DNA of 54,345 nt from Chthoniobacteraceae bacterium (GTDB lineage: Bacteria; Verrucomicrobiota; Verrucomicrobiia; Chthoniobacterales; Chthoniobacteraceae), in the NCBI GenBank assembly GCA_031409335.1, contig JANNWY010000279.1, forward strand, positions 1-54,345. The letters are read 5' to 3'. Below are positions 1 through 8,619 of this stretch, piece after piece. Position 1 is the stretch's first letter, and every line of letters starts with the position of its first letter. The notes beneath the pieces were generated by a model. The model saw nothing but the letters and a program-made list of their open reading frames with translations, was not told the DNA's origin and did no database searches. A program made the translations under genes and the position numbers.

Positions 1-52
1 GGGCGACCCGGGCTTTGAATGCGGCTTCATGCCGCTTGCGTTTGCTCTTCAT
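1..52 (-). CDS. IS3-family transposase OrfA, N-terminal 17 codons (truncated by window edge)
   Basis: Manual translation gives MKSKRKRHEAAFKARVA; not present in the ORF track. Confidence 0.75.
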   Translation of the reverse strand, partial: MKSKRKRHEAAFKARVA

Positions 53-140
53 TTTCGGTGGTTTTATGCTGCGTTTTTACACGCGCTCCCACCGCCATTT
101 TATAGCTTAACCTCTGGCCCGATTTTCGGGGTCCACCTCA
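1..140 (-). mobile_element. Left end of an IS3-family insertion sequence (partial, runs off the window)
   Basis: The minus strand from 140 reads TGAGGTGGACCCCGAAAATCGGGCCA, a TG-starting IS3-like terminal repeat. A TATAAA box follows, then an ATG at 52 encoding MKSKRKRHEAAFKARVA, typical of an IS3 OrfA HTH start. Confidence 0.8.
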
Positions 141-266
141 GGTTTCAGCATTTTGGGGGGCAGAGTATTCTCATGCCGACTAAGCCCAAGTATTCTGCGA
201 ATGCCAGCCCGAATCCGAATCAGCGCGAGCATTGTCAGAACGTGGCCAATTCGATACCTTCGCGCC

Positions 267-1775
267 ATGTTTCCTCTCCGCTTCCTCGCCGTCCTCCCAC
301 TCGTCACCGCCTCCGCATTTTCCGCCACCGCCGAATGGCCGCAATGGCGCGGGCCGAATCGCGATGGCATCTCGGCGGAGACCGGGCTGCTGAAGGAGTG
401 GCCGACGGAGGGGCCGAAGCTCGCGTGGCAGACGAAGGGGCTCGGGAAAGGGATGGGATCGGTCGCGATTTTTGGCGGGAAAATCTTCGTGCTCAGTCAG
501 CGGCCAGGCGGGCAGTTCGTCGTCGCGTACGATGTGGCGACGCAAAAGGAGCTTTGGGCTTCGCGCGTTTCTGAAAAAGGCGATGAGCCGACGGGGACGC
601 CGACGATTGATGGTGGGCAGGTCTTCGCGGTGAGCAAGGATGGCAAGCTGCTGTGCTGCTCGGCGGAGGATGGGAAGGAACTTTGGCGGAAGGATTTTGC
701 GGTGGATTTCGGCGGGAAGATGATGTCGGGCTGGGGCTTCAGCGAGTCGCCGCTGATCGATGGCGGGAAGGTGATCGTGATTCCCGGCTCTGACCCGGCA
801 GCGATGGTGGCGCTGGATCGGAAATCGGGCGCGGTGATTTGGAAGGCGGCGCTGCCGGCCAATGTCGGGTCGCGCGGACAGGAAGGCGCGGGCTACACGG
901 GCGCGGTGATTTCAAACGCGGCGGGCATCCGCCAATACGTGACGCTGATCGGGCGCGGCGTGATCGGCGTGAGCGCGAGCGATGGAAAAACGCTCTGGCA
1001 TTACAACCGCGTCGCGAATGGCACCGCGAACATCCCGACGCCGCTGGTGTGGGATGACTACGTTTTCTGCTCCAGCGGATACGGCACGGGCGCTGGACTT
1101 TTGAAAATCGCGAAATCCCCCGTGGATGAGAAAGCACAGCCAGCGTCGGATGTGGCGAAAACTGAGGAGCTGACGAAGAAGCTCGCGGAGTTGAATGCGG
1201 AAATAAAAACGCGACGCGACGCGAGAGAGAAACTCAGCAAAGGCGCGCCGGAATACGCGAAGGCGGACGCAGCGGTGCAGTCGCTCAAGCCCGAAATCGC
1301 CAAGCTCGAGAAGGTGCTGGGAAAAACGGGCGAAGGCGAAAGCGCGGTCATCCCGCCGGTGCCGGGCTCGCCCGTGCGCGCCGAGGAACAGTATTTTCTA
1401 AACGCGTCCACGTTTCAAAATCATCACGGCGGCATGGTCCGCATCGGCGACTACATTTACGCGGGAACGGGACACAACAATGGCTTCCCGATCTGTCTCG
1501 AATGGAAAACCGGCAAAGTCGTTTGGAACAAGGAACGCGGGCCGGGCAAGGAAAGCGCGGCCGTGATCGCGGCGGATGGGCGGCTCTATTTCCGCTATCA
1601 GGATGGCACGATGGCGCTCATCGATGCCGCGCCCGCTGGCTACAAGGAGCGCGGCGTTTTCAAACTCGCGCACACCGATGGCCCGAGCTGGCCGCACCCT
1701 GCGATCCATGACGGGAAGCTCTTCCTGCGCAGCCAGGACGTGCTGATGTGCTACGACCTCCGCGCTGCGAAATGA
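267..1775 (+). CDS. Secreted PQQ-binding-like beta-propeller protein with a helical insertion
   Basis: Signal peptide followed by EWPQWRGPNRDG, repeated G..LW blades and C-terminal SWPHPAIHDGKLFLR. ATG 267 chosen because it starts the signal peptide. Confidence 0.9.
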   Translation: MFPLRFLAVLPLVTASAFSATAEWPQWRGPNRDGISAETGLLKEWPTEGPKLAWQTKGLGKGMGSVAIFGGKIFVLSQRPGGQFVVAYDVATQKELWASRVSEKGDEPTGTPTIDGGQVFAVSKDGKLLCCSAEDGKELWRKDFAVDFGGKMMSGWGFSESPLIDGGKVIVIPGSDPAAMVALDRKSGAVIWKAALPANVGSRGQEGAGYTGAVISNAAGIRQYVTLIGRGVIGVSASDGKTLWHYNRVANGTANIPTPLVWDDYVFCSSGYGTGAGLLKIAKSPVDEKAQPASDVAKTEELTKKLAELNAEIKTRRDAREKLSKGAPEYAKADAAVQSLKPEIAKLEKVLGKTGEGESAVIPPVPGSPVRAEEQYFLNASTFQNHHGGMVRIGDYIYAGTGHNNGFPICLEWKTGKVVWNKERGPGKESAAVIAADGRLYFRYQDGTMALIDAAPAGYKERGVFKLAHTDGPSWPHPAIHDGKLFLRSQDVLMCYDLRAAK

Positions 1776-1785
1776 ATTGTTCGCC

Positions 1786-3222
1786 ATGAAAAAACTCGCG
1801 CTCGCCCTTCTCCTTACCGCCCCGTTCGCCATGGCCGCCGATCTTGACATAAAATCAGAGCCCCCGGTCACGCTAGGAAAAGGAAAACTGTTTCCCGATC
1901 CTGCCGATCTCCCCGCAAACGCGTCGCTTCCCGATCCGCTCGTGACGATGCTCGGTGTGCCGGTGACGACGCGGGCCGATTGGGAAAAGGATCGCGCCCC
2001 GGAATTGCGGCGGCTTTTTCAGCATTACATGTATGGCGAGATGCCGTCGAAGCCGTTGAAGTTCGACGCAAAGGTGATTCGCGAAGACAAAGCCGCGCTT
2101 GGCGGCAAAGCGACGCTGCGTGAGATCGCAATTAGCTGCACGACGCCGGATGCGAAGGCGCATCTGTTAATGCTCGTTCCTAATAAACGCACCGGACCGG
2201 CACCGGCGTTTCTTGGCATCAATTTCAACGGTAACCACGCGCTGCTCGCCGATCCGCAGATTCAACTCCCACAATCCTGGATGCCATCAGGGCGGCTCGG
2301 TGTCGGTGAAGATCATAAGGCCAGCGAAGCCGGACGCGGCAAGGAAGCCGATGCGTGGGCCACCGAGCAGACCATCGACCGCGGCTATGCCTTCGCGTGC
2401 TTCTATCACGGCGACATCGTCCCCGATAACGCGGCGCTTGCGGTCGAACGGATGCCTGCATTTCACCCTGCTCCCAAACTACCGGCAGGCTTCTTGAAAC
2501 AAGATTCCGCCGCATCCGCGACGATCGCGTGCTGGGCGTGGGGCTTTTCGCGGATGATCGACTATCTCGTTACCGATGCTGACATCGACGCGAAACGCAT
2601 CGCCATCGTCGGCCATTCGCGCAATGGCAAGACTGCGCTGCTCGCTGCCGCGATGGATGAGCGCGTCGCGATGGTGATCCCCACGCAAGCTGGCTGCGGT
2701 GGCACTGCGCCGAATCGGCTCCCGCCGACGCTGCAGAATCCGCCGGACGGAAAGCTGATTCACGAAACGGTGAAGCGCATTAACACAGCCTTCCCGCACT
2801 GGTTCTGCGGAAACTTCAAAGCGTTCAACGAAGCCACCGACAAGCTGCCGTTCGATCAGCACTGCCTCATCGCGCTGTGTGCGCCGCGGCCCGTGCTTTT
2901 GTCGAATGCGACCGAGGATCAATGGGCGAATCCCGCCGGGCAATTCGAGATGCTGCGCGCCGCCGATCCTGTGTACCAACTAGTCGCAGGCGAAGGACTC
3001 GGCGCGGAAAAGATGCCCGAAGTCGGCACCCTGCTCGACTCGCGGCTTGGCTACTACATCCGCGCCGGCAAACATTCGATGACAGGTGAGGACTGGAAGG
3101 TATGGCTCGACTACGCCGACAAATGGCTGAAGCCCGGCCATGTCGCAGCGGCGTGCTGCGATCCGGCGAACCCAACCGGCACACCGCGCTCGCGCACGGC
3201 GATGCTCACGCGGGGGAAATAA
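1786..3222 (+). CDS. CE15 family glucuronoyl esterase-like alpha/beta hydrolase
   Basis: Signal peptide; LPDPL, WAWGFSR, GHSRNGK nucleophile motif, PHWF, LPFDQH, DQWANP. Confidence 0.88.
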   Translation: MKKLALALLLTAPFAMAADLDIKSEPPVTLGKGKLFPDPADLPANASLPDPLVTMLGVPVTTRADWEKDRAPELRRLFQHYMYGEMPSKPLKFDAKVIREDKAALGGKATLREIAISCTTPDAKAHLLMLVPNKRTGPAPAFLGINFNGNHALLADPQIQLPQSWMPSGRLGVGEDHKASEAGRGKEADAWATEQTIDRGYAFACFYHGDIVPDNAALAVERMPAFHPAPKLPAGFLKQDSAASATIACWAWGFSRMIDYLVTDADIDAKRIAIVGHSRNGKTALLAAAMDERVAMVIPTQAGCGGTAPNRLPPTLQNPPDGKLIHETVKRINTAFPHWFCGNFKAFNEATDKLPFDQHCLIALCAPRPVLLSNATEDQWANPAGQFEMLRAADPVYQLVAGEGLGAEKMPEVGTLLDSRLGYYIRAGKHSMTGEDWKVWLDYADKWLKPGHVAAACCDPANPTGTPRSRTAMLTRGK

Positions 3223-3285
3223 TGTGACACGGGCTTTCCAGCCCGTGATTCCCACCCGCACGGGCTGGAAAGCCCGTGTCACATT
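3221..3285. repeat. Perfect 27-bp inverted repeat (REP doublet / possible bidirectional terminator)
   Basis: AATGTGACACGGGCTTTCCAGCCCGTG (3221-3247) and its exact reverse complement (3259-3285) with an 11-nt spacer. Each arm is itself a hairpin. Lies between convergent genes. Confidence 0.9.
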
Positions 3286-3286
3286 G

Positions 3287-3898
3287 CTACTCCTTCGGCA
3301 GTTCCTTCACGCGCAGATTGCGAAATGACACCGCGCCGTGATCGCCTTGCAGGAAGAATGCGCCAGGCTCGCTGACCTTGCCGTCCAGCTCGCTTCCGGT
3401 CGCGCGTTCGACCTTCACGTTATCGTGAATCTTTTCGCCGTTGAGGATGACCGTCACTTTGTCACCGATCATCGTCGCCTCGACGGTCTGCCATTGGTCG
3501 CCCGCCTTACTGACGAACTTCGCCGGAAGCGTGTGCTCATAGATCGCACCGTTCCCACCCTTTGATGCCTTGCCACTTTTGAAATCACCGAGAATCTGAA
3601 TCTCGTGACGACCGCGGAGATAGAAGCCAGAGTTAGATCCTTCGGGCACCATGTATTCGTAGCGGACGGTAAAGTTCCAATACTTCGCATCGGTGATGAG
3701 ATCGACGCCGTGATCGCCTTGCTTCAGTTCATTCTTCAGCACGCCATCGACCACCTTCCATGCGTTGTTCGACTTCTCGTTGCGGACATGCCAGCCGGAA
3801 ACATCCTTTGCATTGAAGAGTGGCTTGAAGTCCTTCTCGTCATCGGCGGCGGTGACCGTGAGCGGAAGGATGAGGGCGAGAAGGATTTGTTTTTTCAT
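3287..3898 (-). CDS. DUF1080 (3-keto-disaccharide hydrolase-like) secreted protein
   Basis: Signal peptide MKKQILL; FKPLFN..D..GW, NSGFYLRG, EIQILD-like, LQGDHG.V.FRNLRVK. Confidence 0.9.
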   Translation of the reverse strand: MKKQILLALILPLTVTAADDEKDFKPLFNAKDVSGWHVRNEKSNNAWKVVDGVLKNELKQGDHGVDLITDAKYWNFTVRYEYMVPEGSNSGFYLRGRHEIQILGDFKSGKASKGGNGAIYEHTLPAKFVSKAGDQWQTVEATMIGDKVTVILNGEKIHDNVKVERATGSELDGKVSEPGAFFLQGDHGAVSFRNLRVKELPKE

Positions 3899-3924
3899 GG
3901 AATTGGGAGCTGTAAATTGCGGGA

Positions 3925-4956
3925 TCATTTCGCTTCTGGATTCGGCGTCGCGCTGCCTTCCGCCAGGCCAAGCGCCCACTTGATGCCACCGAGAAGGTGC
4001 GCATGATATTGCTTGCTGACCTCCACCGAGTTCTTGCGATCTTTCAAATTCGGGTCCGCATTCCAAAGGTCCTCACGATGCCCAAGCGAGGTGTAAAAGA
4101 CGCGCCCTTCACCAGCCTTTCGGCACCAGGACACTGGAAAGAAGCCAGCCTTCGCCGTGTCATTCGGATGATGGGAAAGATACCAGAGGCTGCGCACCTT
4201 CGCGCGATCCTGATTCTTGATGAGATACATTTCCTCCTGCGCGATGTCCCACTTCGCACCGATCCCGCCATTCGCCGGATGCGCCGCATCTGCCGCGATC
4301 AGATCGGCCGGAACTTGCGCGCCGTGCGTTTCAAATTCGCCCTGCAGCATGTCGATGTAACCTCTAAATCCGGGGAACGTATCGCTCCCGCTGTGCATCG
4401 CCATGAAGCTATGCCCCGCCTCGATCCACTTGATGAAACCCTCGCGGTCCGGCAGCGGCAGATCGCCCGTCGTATTCGCGAAGATCACGCCGTCGATCTT
4501 GCTGGCGGCAAGGTTTGCGGGAGACAGCTTCTCCATGCTGGTCTTCATCTGCGCATCGAATTCCGACTGTGAAGCCTTCACCTTTTCGTCATCCGCCGCC
4601 GTCCACTTTGCCATGGCTTCCTCATACTTTTTCAACTCGTTGTCGTAGCGTTTCAAGTCGCCGTCGTACTTCGCCCGAGCCTTGTCATCCGCGTCCGGCT
4701 TCAAGTCCCCGGGTTTTCCCGGCTTTCCCGGTTTCTTAAAAATCTGCGCTGTGGGTTGCTGGGAAAAATCGACAACCGTGAACGCACCCGAATCCGCGCC
4801 GAGTTGCTTGAGTGTCTTCTCCGCATCGGGGATCGAGCTATGGCGGAAACCGGTCGTGACCGTACAGACGATGACTTTTTTCGGCTCCGCCGCGCGAAGG
4901 TCGGGAACGAGGGCGGCGATGCAGGTGACGAGGGCGAGAAGGAGCGTGGATTTCAT
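3925..4956 (-). CDS. ThuA-domain (GATase-like) secreted protein
   Basis: GFRHSSI, FANTTGDLP, HSGSDT, EEMY, PVSW, GRVFYTSLGH, LLGGIKWA. Confidence 0.9.
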   Translation of the reverse strand: MKSTLLLALVTCIAALVPDLRAAEPKKVIVCTVTTGFRHSSIPDAEKTLKQLGADSGAFTVVDFSQQPTAQIFKKPGKPGKPGDLKPDADDKARAKYDGDLKRYDNELKKYEEAMAKWTAADDEKVKASQSEFDAQMKTSMEKLSPANLAASKIDGVIFANTTGDLPLPDREGFIKWIEAGHSFMAMHSGSDTFPGFRGYIDMLQGEFETHGAQVPADLIAADAAHPANGGIGAKWDIAQEEMYLIKNQDRAKVRSLWYLSHHPNDTAKAGFFPVSWCRKAGEGRVFYTSLGHREDLWNADPNLKDRKNSVEVSKQYHAHLLGGIKWALGLAEGSATPNPEAK

Positions 4957-5042
4957 GTTTGAAGGCAGAGGATTGTCCTACCTCAACCCGACCTTCGGGG
5001 AAGGCTTAGAGTCTGCGGAGGAAGCTGGTGAACGAGATCGAG

Positions 5043-5435
5043 TCAGCGGATGCCCGCGACCTCGAATCCTTCCGCTTCCAGCACCGCGCGGATGCGCGCA
5101 GGCTGATCCATCTGAATCTCGACCACCCGCCCCTTCACCGTCCCGCCGCAGCCACAAGTCTGCCGCAATTTTTTCCCGATCTTCTCAATGACTGAAACCG
5201 GCAGGTGAGTCGCGAAATCATCCACGACGATCACCGTCTTCCCGCCGCGCCGCGCGGTTTCCTTCCGCAAAACGACACGCCCCATTTTCCAAATCGCCTG
5301 CGGCGAATCGGGTGGCGGTGCGGGAGCCGGGCCGGGCGGATGATCGCGCGGGTCGAGATTCAGCTTCGCAAACGCGGCATTCAGCCCCGGTTGCGCGGGA
5401 TGGGTGTCGATCCGCTTTTTCGGCTCCGGGCGCAT
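5043..5435 (-). CDS. SUI1/YciH-family translation initiation factor
   Basis: RKETARRGGKTV...KKLRQTCGCGGTVKG..VEIQ motif. Start codon uncertain. Confidence 0.85.
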   Translation of the reverse strand: MRPEPKKRIDTHPAQPGLNAAFAKLNLDPRDHPPGPAPAPPPDSPQAIWKMGRVVLRKETARRGGKTVIVVDDFATHLPVSVIEKIGKKLRQTCGCGGTVKGRVVEIQMDQPARIRAVLEAEGFEVAGIR

Positions 5436-5452
5436 CGGCGGTGGCGCGGCGC

Positions 5453-5827
5453 TTACGGATAGACCACCCGAACCTTTGTCCTTCGCCCGCCCACGACGGT
5501 CACGCCGATCGGATTCGTCGAAAATTGGACCGGTCTGTTCGCTCTCAGCTTGACGAAGCACGGCCCCCGTTGAACGGACTTCGGATTCACGGTCACCACG
5601 GGAAGCGTGGTCGTCCAGCCCGGGTTCGATGGCGGATTGGTTTCATACGCATGCCACTGAGTTTCGTAGCTGGGTTTGTTGGTAAAAACGTAGAGTTCGC
5701 TGTTCGTGTAGTCATTACCTGGCAGGTCCACGGAGATGATGTTGCCTCCAGCATTCGGAGGCGCGACGGCGGTGTTGATAAGGCGATGGGAATGACGAGG
5801 TGATGGGCAGCTTTTGGAGTCTCGCAT
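5453..5827 (-). CDS. Hypothetical small beta-rich protein, paralog of 6039..6443; 5' end uncertain, possibly frameshifted
   Basis: Aligns by eye with the neighbouring ORF: LYVFTNKPSY/LRVYCNRPGY, FSTNPIGV/FTLNPVPV, KVRVVY/RIRVIF. Confidence 0.65.
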   Translation of the reverse strand: MRDSKSCPSPRHSHRLINTAVAPPNAGGNIISVDLPGNDYTNSELYVFTNKPSYETQWHAYETNPPSNPGWTTTLPVVTVNPKSVQRGPCFVKLRANRPVQFSTNPIGVTVVGGRRTKVRVVYP

Positions 5828-6038
5828 TCATCCGCGCTTGCTATACTGCCAGCCATCACAATTTGTGTTTCCATCGGGTAGCGTTGTCACAATTTATGAG
5901 GACGGGGAGCATAGCAGGGGTGTGCGGTGCGTCGCAATAAAATTGGCAGGAGGCGACAACGCACCGATTTGAGAAGGGCTCCTCTCGGAAAAACCAGGAC
6001 AACGGACGCCGATTAACTAGCCCGCTCCGGCTGATCAG

Positions 6039-6443
6039 TCATTCAAATATAACCCTAATTCTAGAAAGCACGCCCGCCTCTATTTCAACCGGCACAGGGT
6101 TTAGCGTAAAATTTACATTGCTGCCATTTCCAGTTTGCAGCCGCACCATGTAATTCCCTGCCTCCACATCCCTTCGATTGTCAGATTGACTGAATGTGGA
6201 GAAGCTATCGGTCCATTGACCCTGTGGGTCTGTGTTCAAACGCCAATCGATATCGTATCCCGGCCGGTTGCAATAAACTCTGAGCTGGCCCCGCGCATTG
6301 TAGCCGCCGTTATTGCTATTCCCGTTGGGTGCCAGGTGAACTCTTCCCGCACTCGGAGTTTTAACTCCAGCGTGTTGTGCACAACCAAACATGCTGAAGG
6401 TTACTCCTGACAATACGATCCATACGAGGGTGTTTGCTTTCAT
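6039..6443 (-). CDS. Hypothetical lipoprotein (PEGA-like beta-sandwich?)
   Basis: Hydrophobic N-terminus ending in lipobox-like MFGC. The V.AG.Y.V.L and V.IEAG....I.V patterns recall PEGA domains. Lower GC than flanks. Confidence 0.7.
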   Translation of the reverse strand: MKANTLVWIVLSGVTFSMFGCAQHAGVKTPSAGRVHLAPNGNSNNGGYNARGQLRVYCNRPGYDIDWRLNTDPQGQWTDSFSTFSQSDNRRDVEAGNYMVRLQTGNGSNVNFTLNPVPVEIEAGVLSRIRVIFE

Positions 6444-6500
6444 ATTTTGGAAGGCTGCGCGGGCACGCGATCTACTACAAGCACATTTTGCGATGCGTTG

Positions 6501-8612
6501 TTATTTCGTTGCTAACTCGATTACTCCGCTCCAGCCATGAGGAAGGGGAGCAGCTTGGAGGCTGGCGATTTCGCGAAGGTAAAACTCGGCAGGTCCATCG
6601 CCATCTTCGCGCAGCGCCATCGTTTCGCGCATCGCGTGCGCCGCAGCCTCGAAATCGCCGCCGCGGAAGGCGTCCACTCCTTTCTCGAAGACCATCCACC
6701 ATTCCGCACGGGCTTCCCCGGATACAGGGCCGAGCAATTCATGGACAACGCATGCTTCACTTCGGCCCGCGACCCGGAATTCGCCGAGACGCCGGGTGAG
6801 GAATTCATCGCTGCACTTTTCGCGGACGGCCTCCGAAAGAAGCACGCGTGTGCCTAGAAATTTGTTCAACCCTTCCAGACGGGAAGCCAGGTTCACCGCA
6901 TCGCCGATCACCGCGTAGTTGAAGCGTTCCGCGGAGCCGACATTTCCCGCCAGCACCGGCCCTGTGTGCAGGCCGATGCGGGTGCGCAGCAGATGGCCGT
7001 CCACCTCCATGCGCGCGATCTCGTGCAAACGCCATGCGGCGCGAACGGCTTTCCGCACGTGATCGCGATCCGCCAGCGGCGCACCCCACACTGCCGTCAG
7101 CGCATCGCCGACGAAATTCGTGATAGTGCCGTCCTGATCGTGAATGTGGCCGGTGGTTTTTGTGAAGTACTTGAGCAGCACCTGCGTGATCAATTCGGGA
7201 TTGTGCAGTCGCTCGGAAAGCGGCGTGAAGCCCTCCAAATCGGTGAAAATGACGCTGGCCTCGACCACGCTTCCGCCCGGCCCGAGAGCGAAATCCGAGT
7301 CGGCGATCCGATCGGCCATGTGTGGTGAGAGATAGTGGCCGAAACCGTCTCGCAGCGCCTTTCGGCGGCGTTCCTCGATGAAGTAGCGCGCACCGACCGC
7401 CCACACGATCGCGACGGGTGCCTGCACGAATACCGGCACGCACCACGCGAACCAAATCCGCTGATACGCCAACAACCAGTAAGCGAATACGCCAATCGCA
7501 AACATTGCCAGCGCAGCGGCCAACACCGCGAGATGTGGGCGAAAGCGCGGAAGCACTCCACCGAGCAAAACTCCAAACACCAATATCAACCAAGCCTCGC
7601 GGTTTTCATCGAGTCGCACCAGCCACTCATTGCGGAGCAGGTTGAGCAGCGCCGTGAGATGAACTTCGGCCCCGCTGGTGAACTTGCCGCCGAGCAGACT
7701 GAAGGGACTGCGAAAATCATCCTTTCCAAAACCCAGCCCCGAGAGCGTCGAGCGTCCGCCCACGATGACGATCCGATTCTCAAACCGTCCCGGCTTCACA
7801 CGATTCTTCAGCACATCATTGACTGGAACTTCGTCGAAACACCCTGGCGGCCCGTAATAGTTCAGCCACCGAACCGCGTCCCCATCCTCGAATTTTGCGC
7901 CGAGCATCTTCGCTGCTTCCCACGCGGCACTCTGCTTGGTTCCGGTGCCGGACGGGAGGCGGCGCACGCCGTAGTCGCCATCCAAGGGATGGAAAACGAT
8001 CGTGCCCCAGGCCGCCGCCGCTTCCCGCAGCGGGTCAATCGGCGGGATCACCTGTTCCAGCGGCATCGACCATCCGCCCGGGATTTCCTTGTGGTCATCC
8101 ATCTCGACCGGCGCCGCGAGAATGACCCGCCCATTTTCCCGCATCGCCGCCGCGAAGTCTTCCTCCACGCCGGGCACCGGCCAGGCATCGGTGAAAGCGA
8201 TGTCGAAGAAAACCGCACGGGCCTTGTCGGCGGTGAGTTGCCGGAGGAGCCGCGCGTGCAACGCGCGATCCCAGATCGCGCCGCTCTGCTCCATGTCGAG
8301 CGCGCTCTTTTCATCAAGGTAAATGAAAGAGGCCTGCGGCACGTTCACCGGGCCGCGGAGGATGAAAGACAAGTCGTAACTGAGCCGGGCCAACGCCTCC
8401 CCGACCGCGGTGGCGAGCCATCCGAACTGCGACGGCGTCCGCTCGCCGAAAGTGCCGACTGACTGCGAAGTCTGCGCCAGCACCCATCCCAGCCCGCCAA
8501 CGAGCGCGGCGCCGAGCACGCTCGATCCAATCGAGAGCAGACGCCGCACATTTCGCCGGCCCCACATGTCCGCCGACGGCGAGGCCTCCTCCTCATCTCG
8601 GAGCCTGGTCAT
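6501..8612 (-). CDS. CHASE2-domain class III nucleotide cyclase
   Basis: N-terminal TM; CHASE2 (WDR..HA.LL..L, FFDIAF, GAEVH); three TMs; cyclase motifs FTDLEGFT, VGDA, RIGLHTG, GDAVNLASRLE; C-terminal WSGVIEL..K tail. Confidence 0.93.
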   Translation of the reverse strand: MTRLRDEEEASPSADMWGRRNVRRLLSIGSSVLGAALVGGLGWVLAQTSQSVGTFGERTPSQFGWLATAVGEALARLSYDLSFILRGPVNVPQASFIYLDEKSALDMEQSGAIWDRALHARLLRQLTADKARAVFFDIAFTDAWPVPGVEEDFAAAMRENGRVILAAPVEMDDHKEIPGGWSMPLEQVIPPIDPLREAAAAWGTIVFHPLDGDYGVRRLPSGTGTKQSAAWEAAKMLGAKFEDGDAVRWLNYYGPPGCFDEVPVNDVLKNRVKPGRFENRIVIVGGRSTLSGLGFGKDDFRSPFSLLGGKFTSGAEVHLTALLNLLRNEWLVRLDENREAWLILVFGVLLGGVLPRFRPHLAVLAAALAMFAIGVFAYWLLAYQRIWFAWCVPVFVQAPVAIVWAVGARYFIEERRRKALRDGFGHYLSPHMADRIADSDFALGPGGSVVEASVIFTDLEGFTPLSERLHNPELITQVLLKYFTKTTGHIHDQDGTITNFVGDALTAVWGAPLADRDHVRKAVRAAWRLHEIARMEVDGHLLRTRIGLHTGPVLAGNVGSAERFNYAVIGDAVNLASRLEGLNKFLGTRVLLSEAVREKCSDEFLTRRLGEFRVAGRSEACVVHELLGPVSGEARAEWWMVFEKGVDAFRGGDFEAAAHAMRETMALREDGDGPAEFYLREIASLQAAPLPHGWSGVIELATK

Positions 8613-8619
8613 CGGTAAA

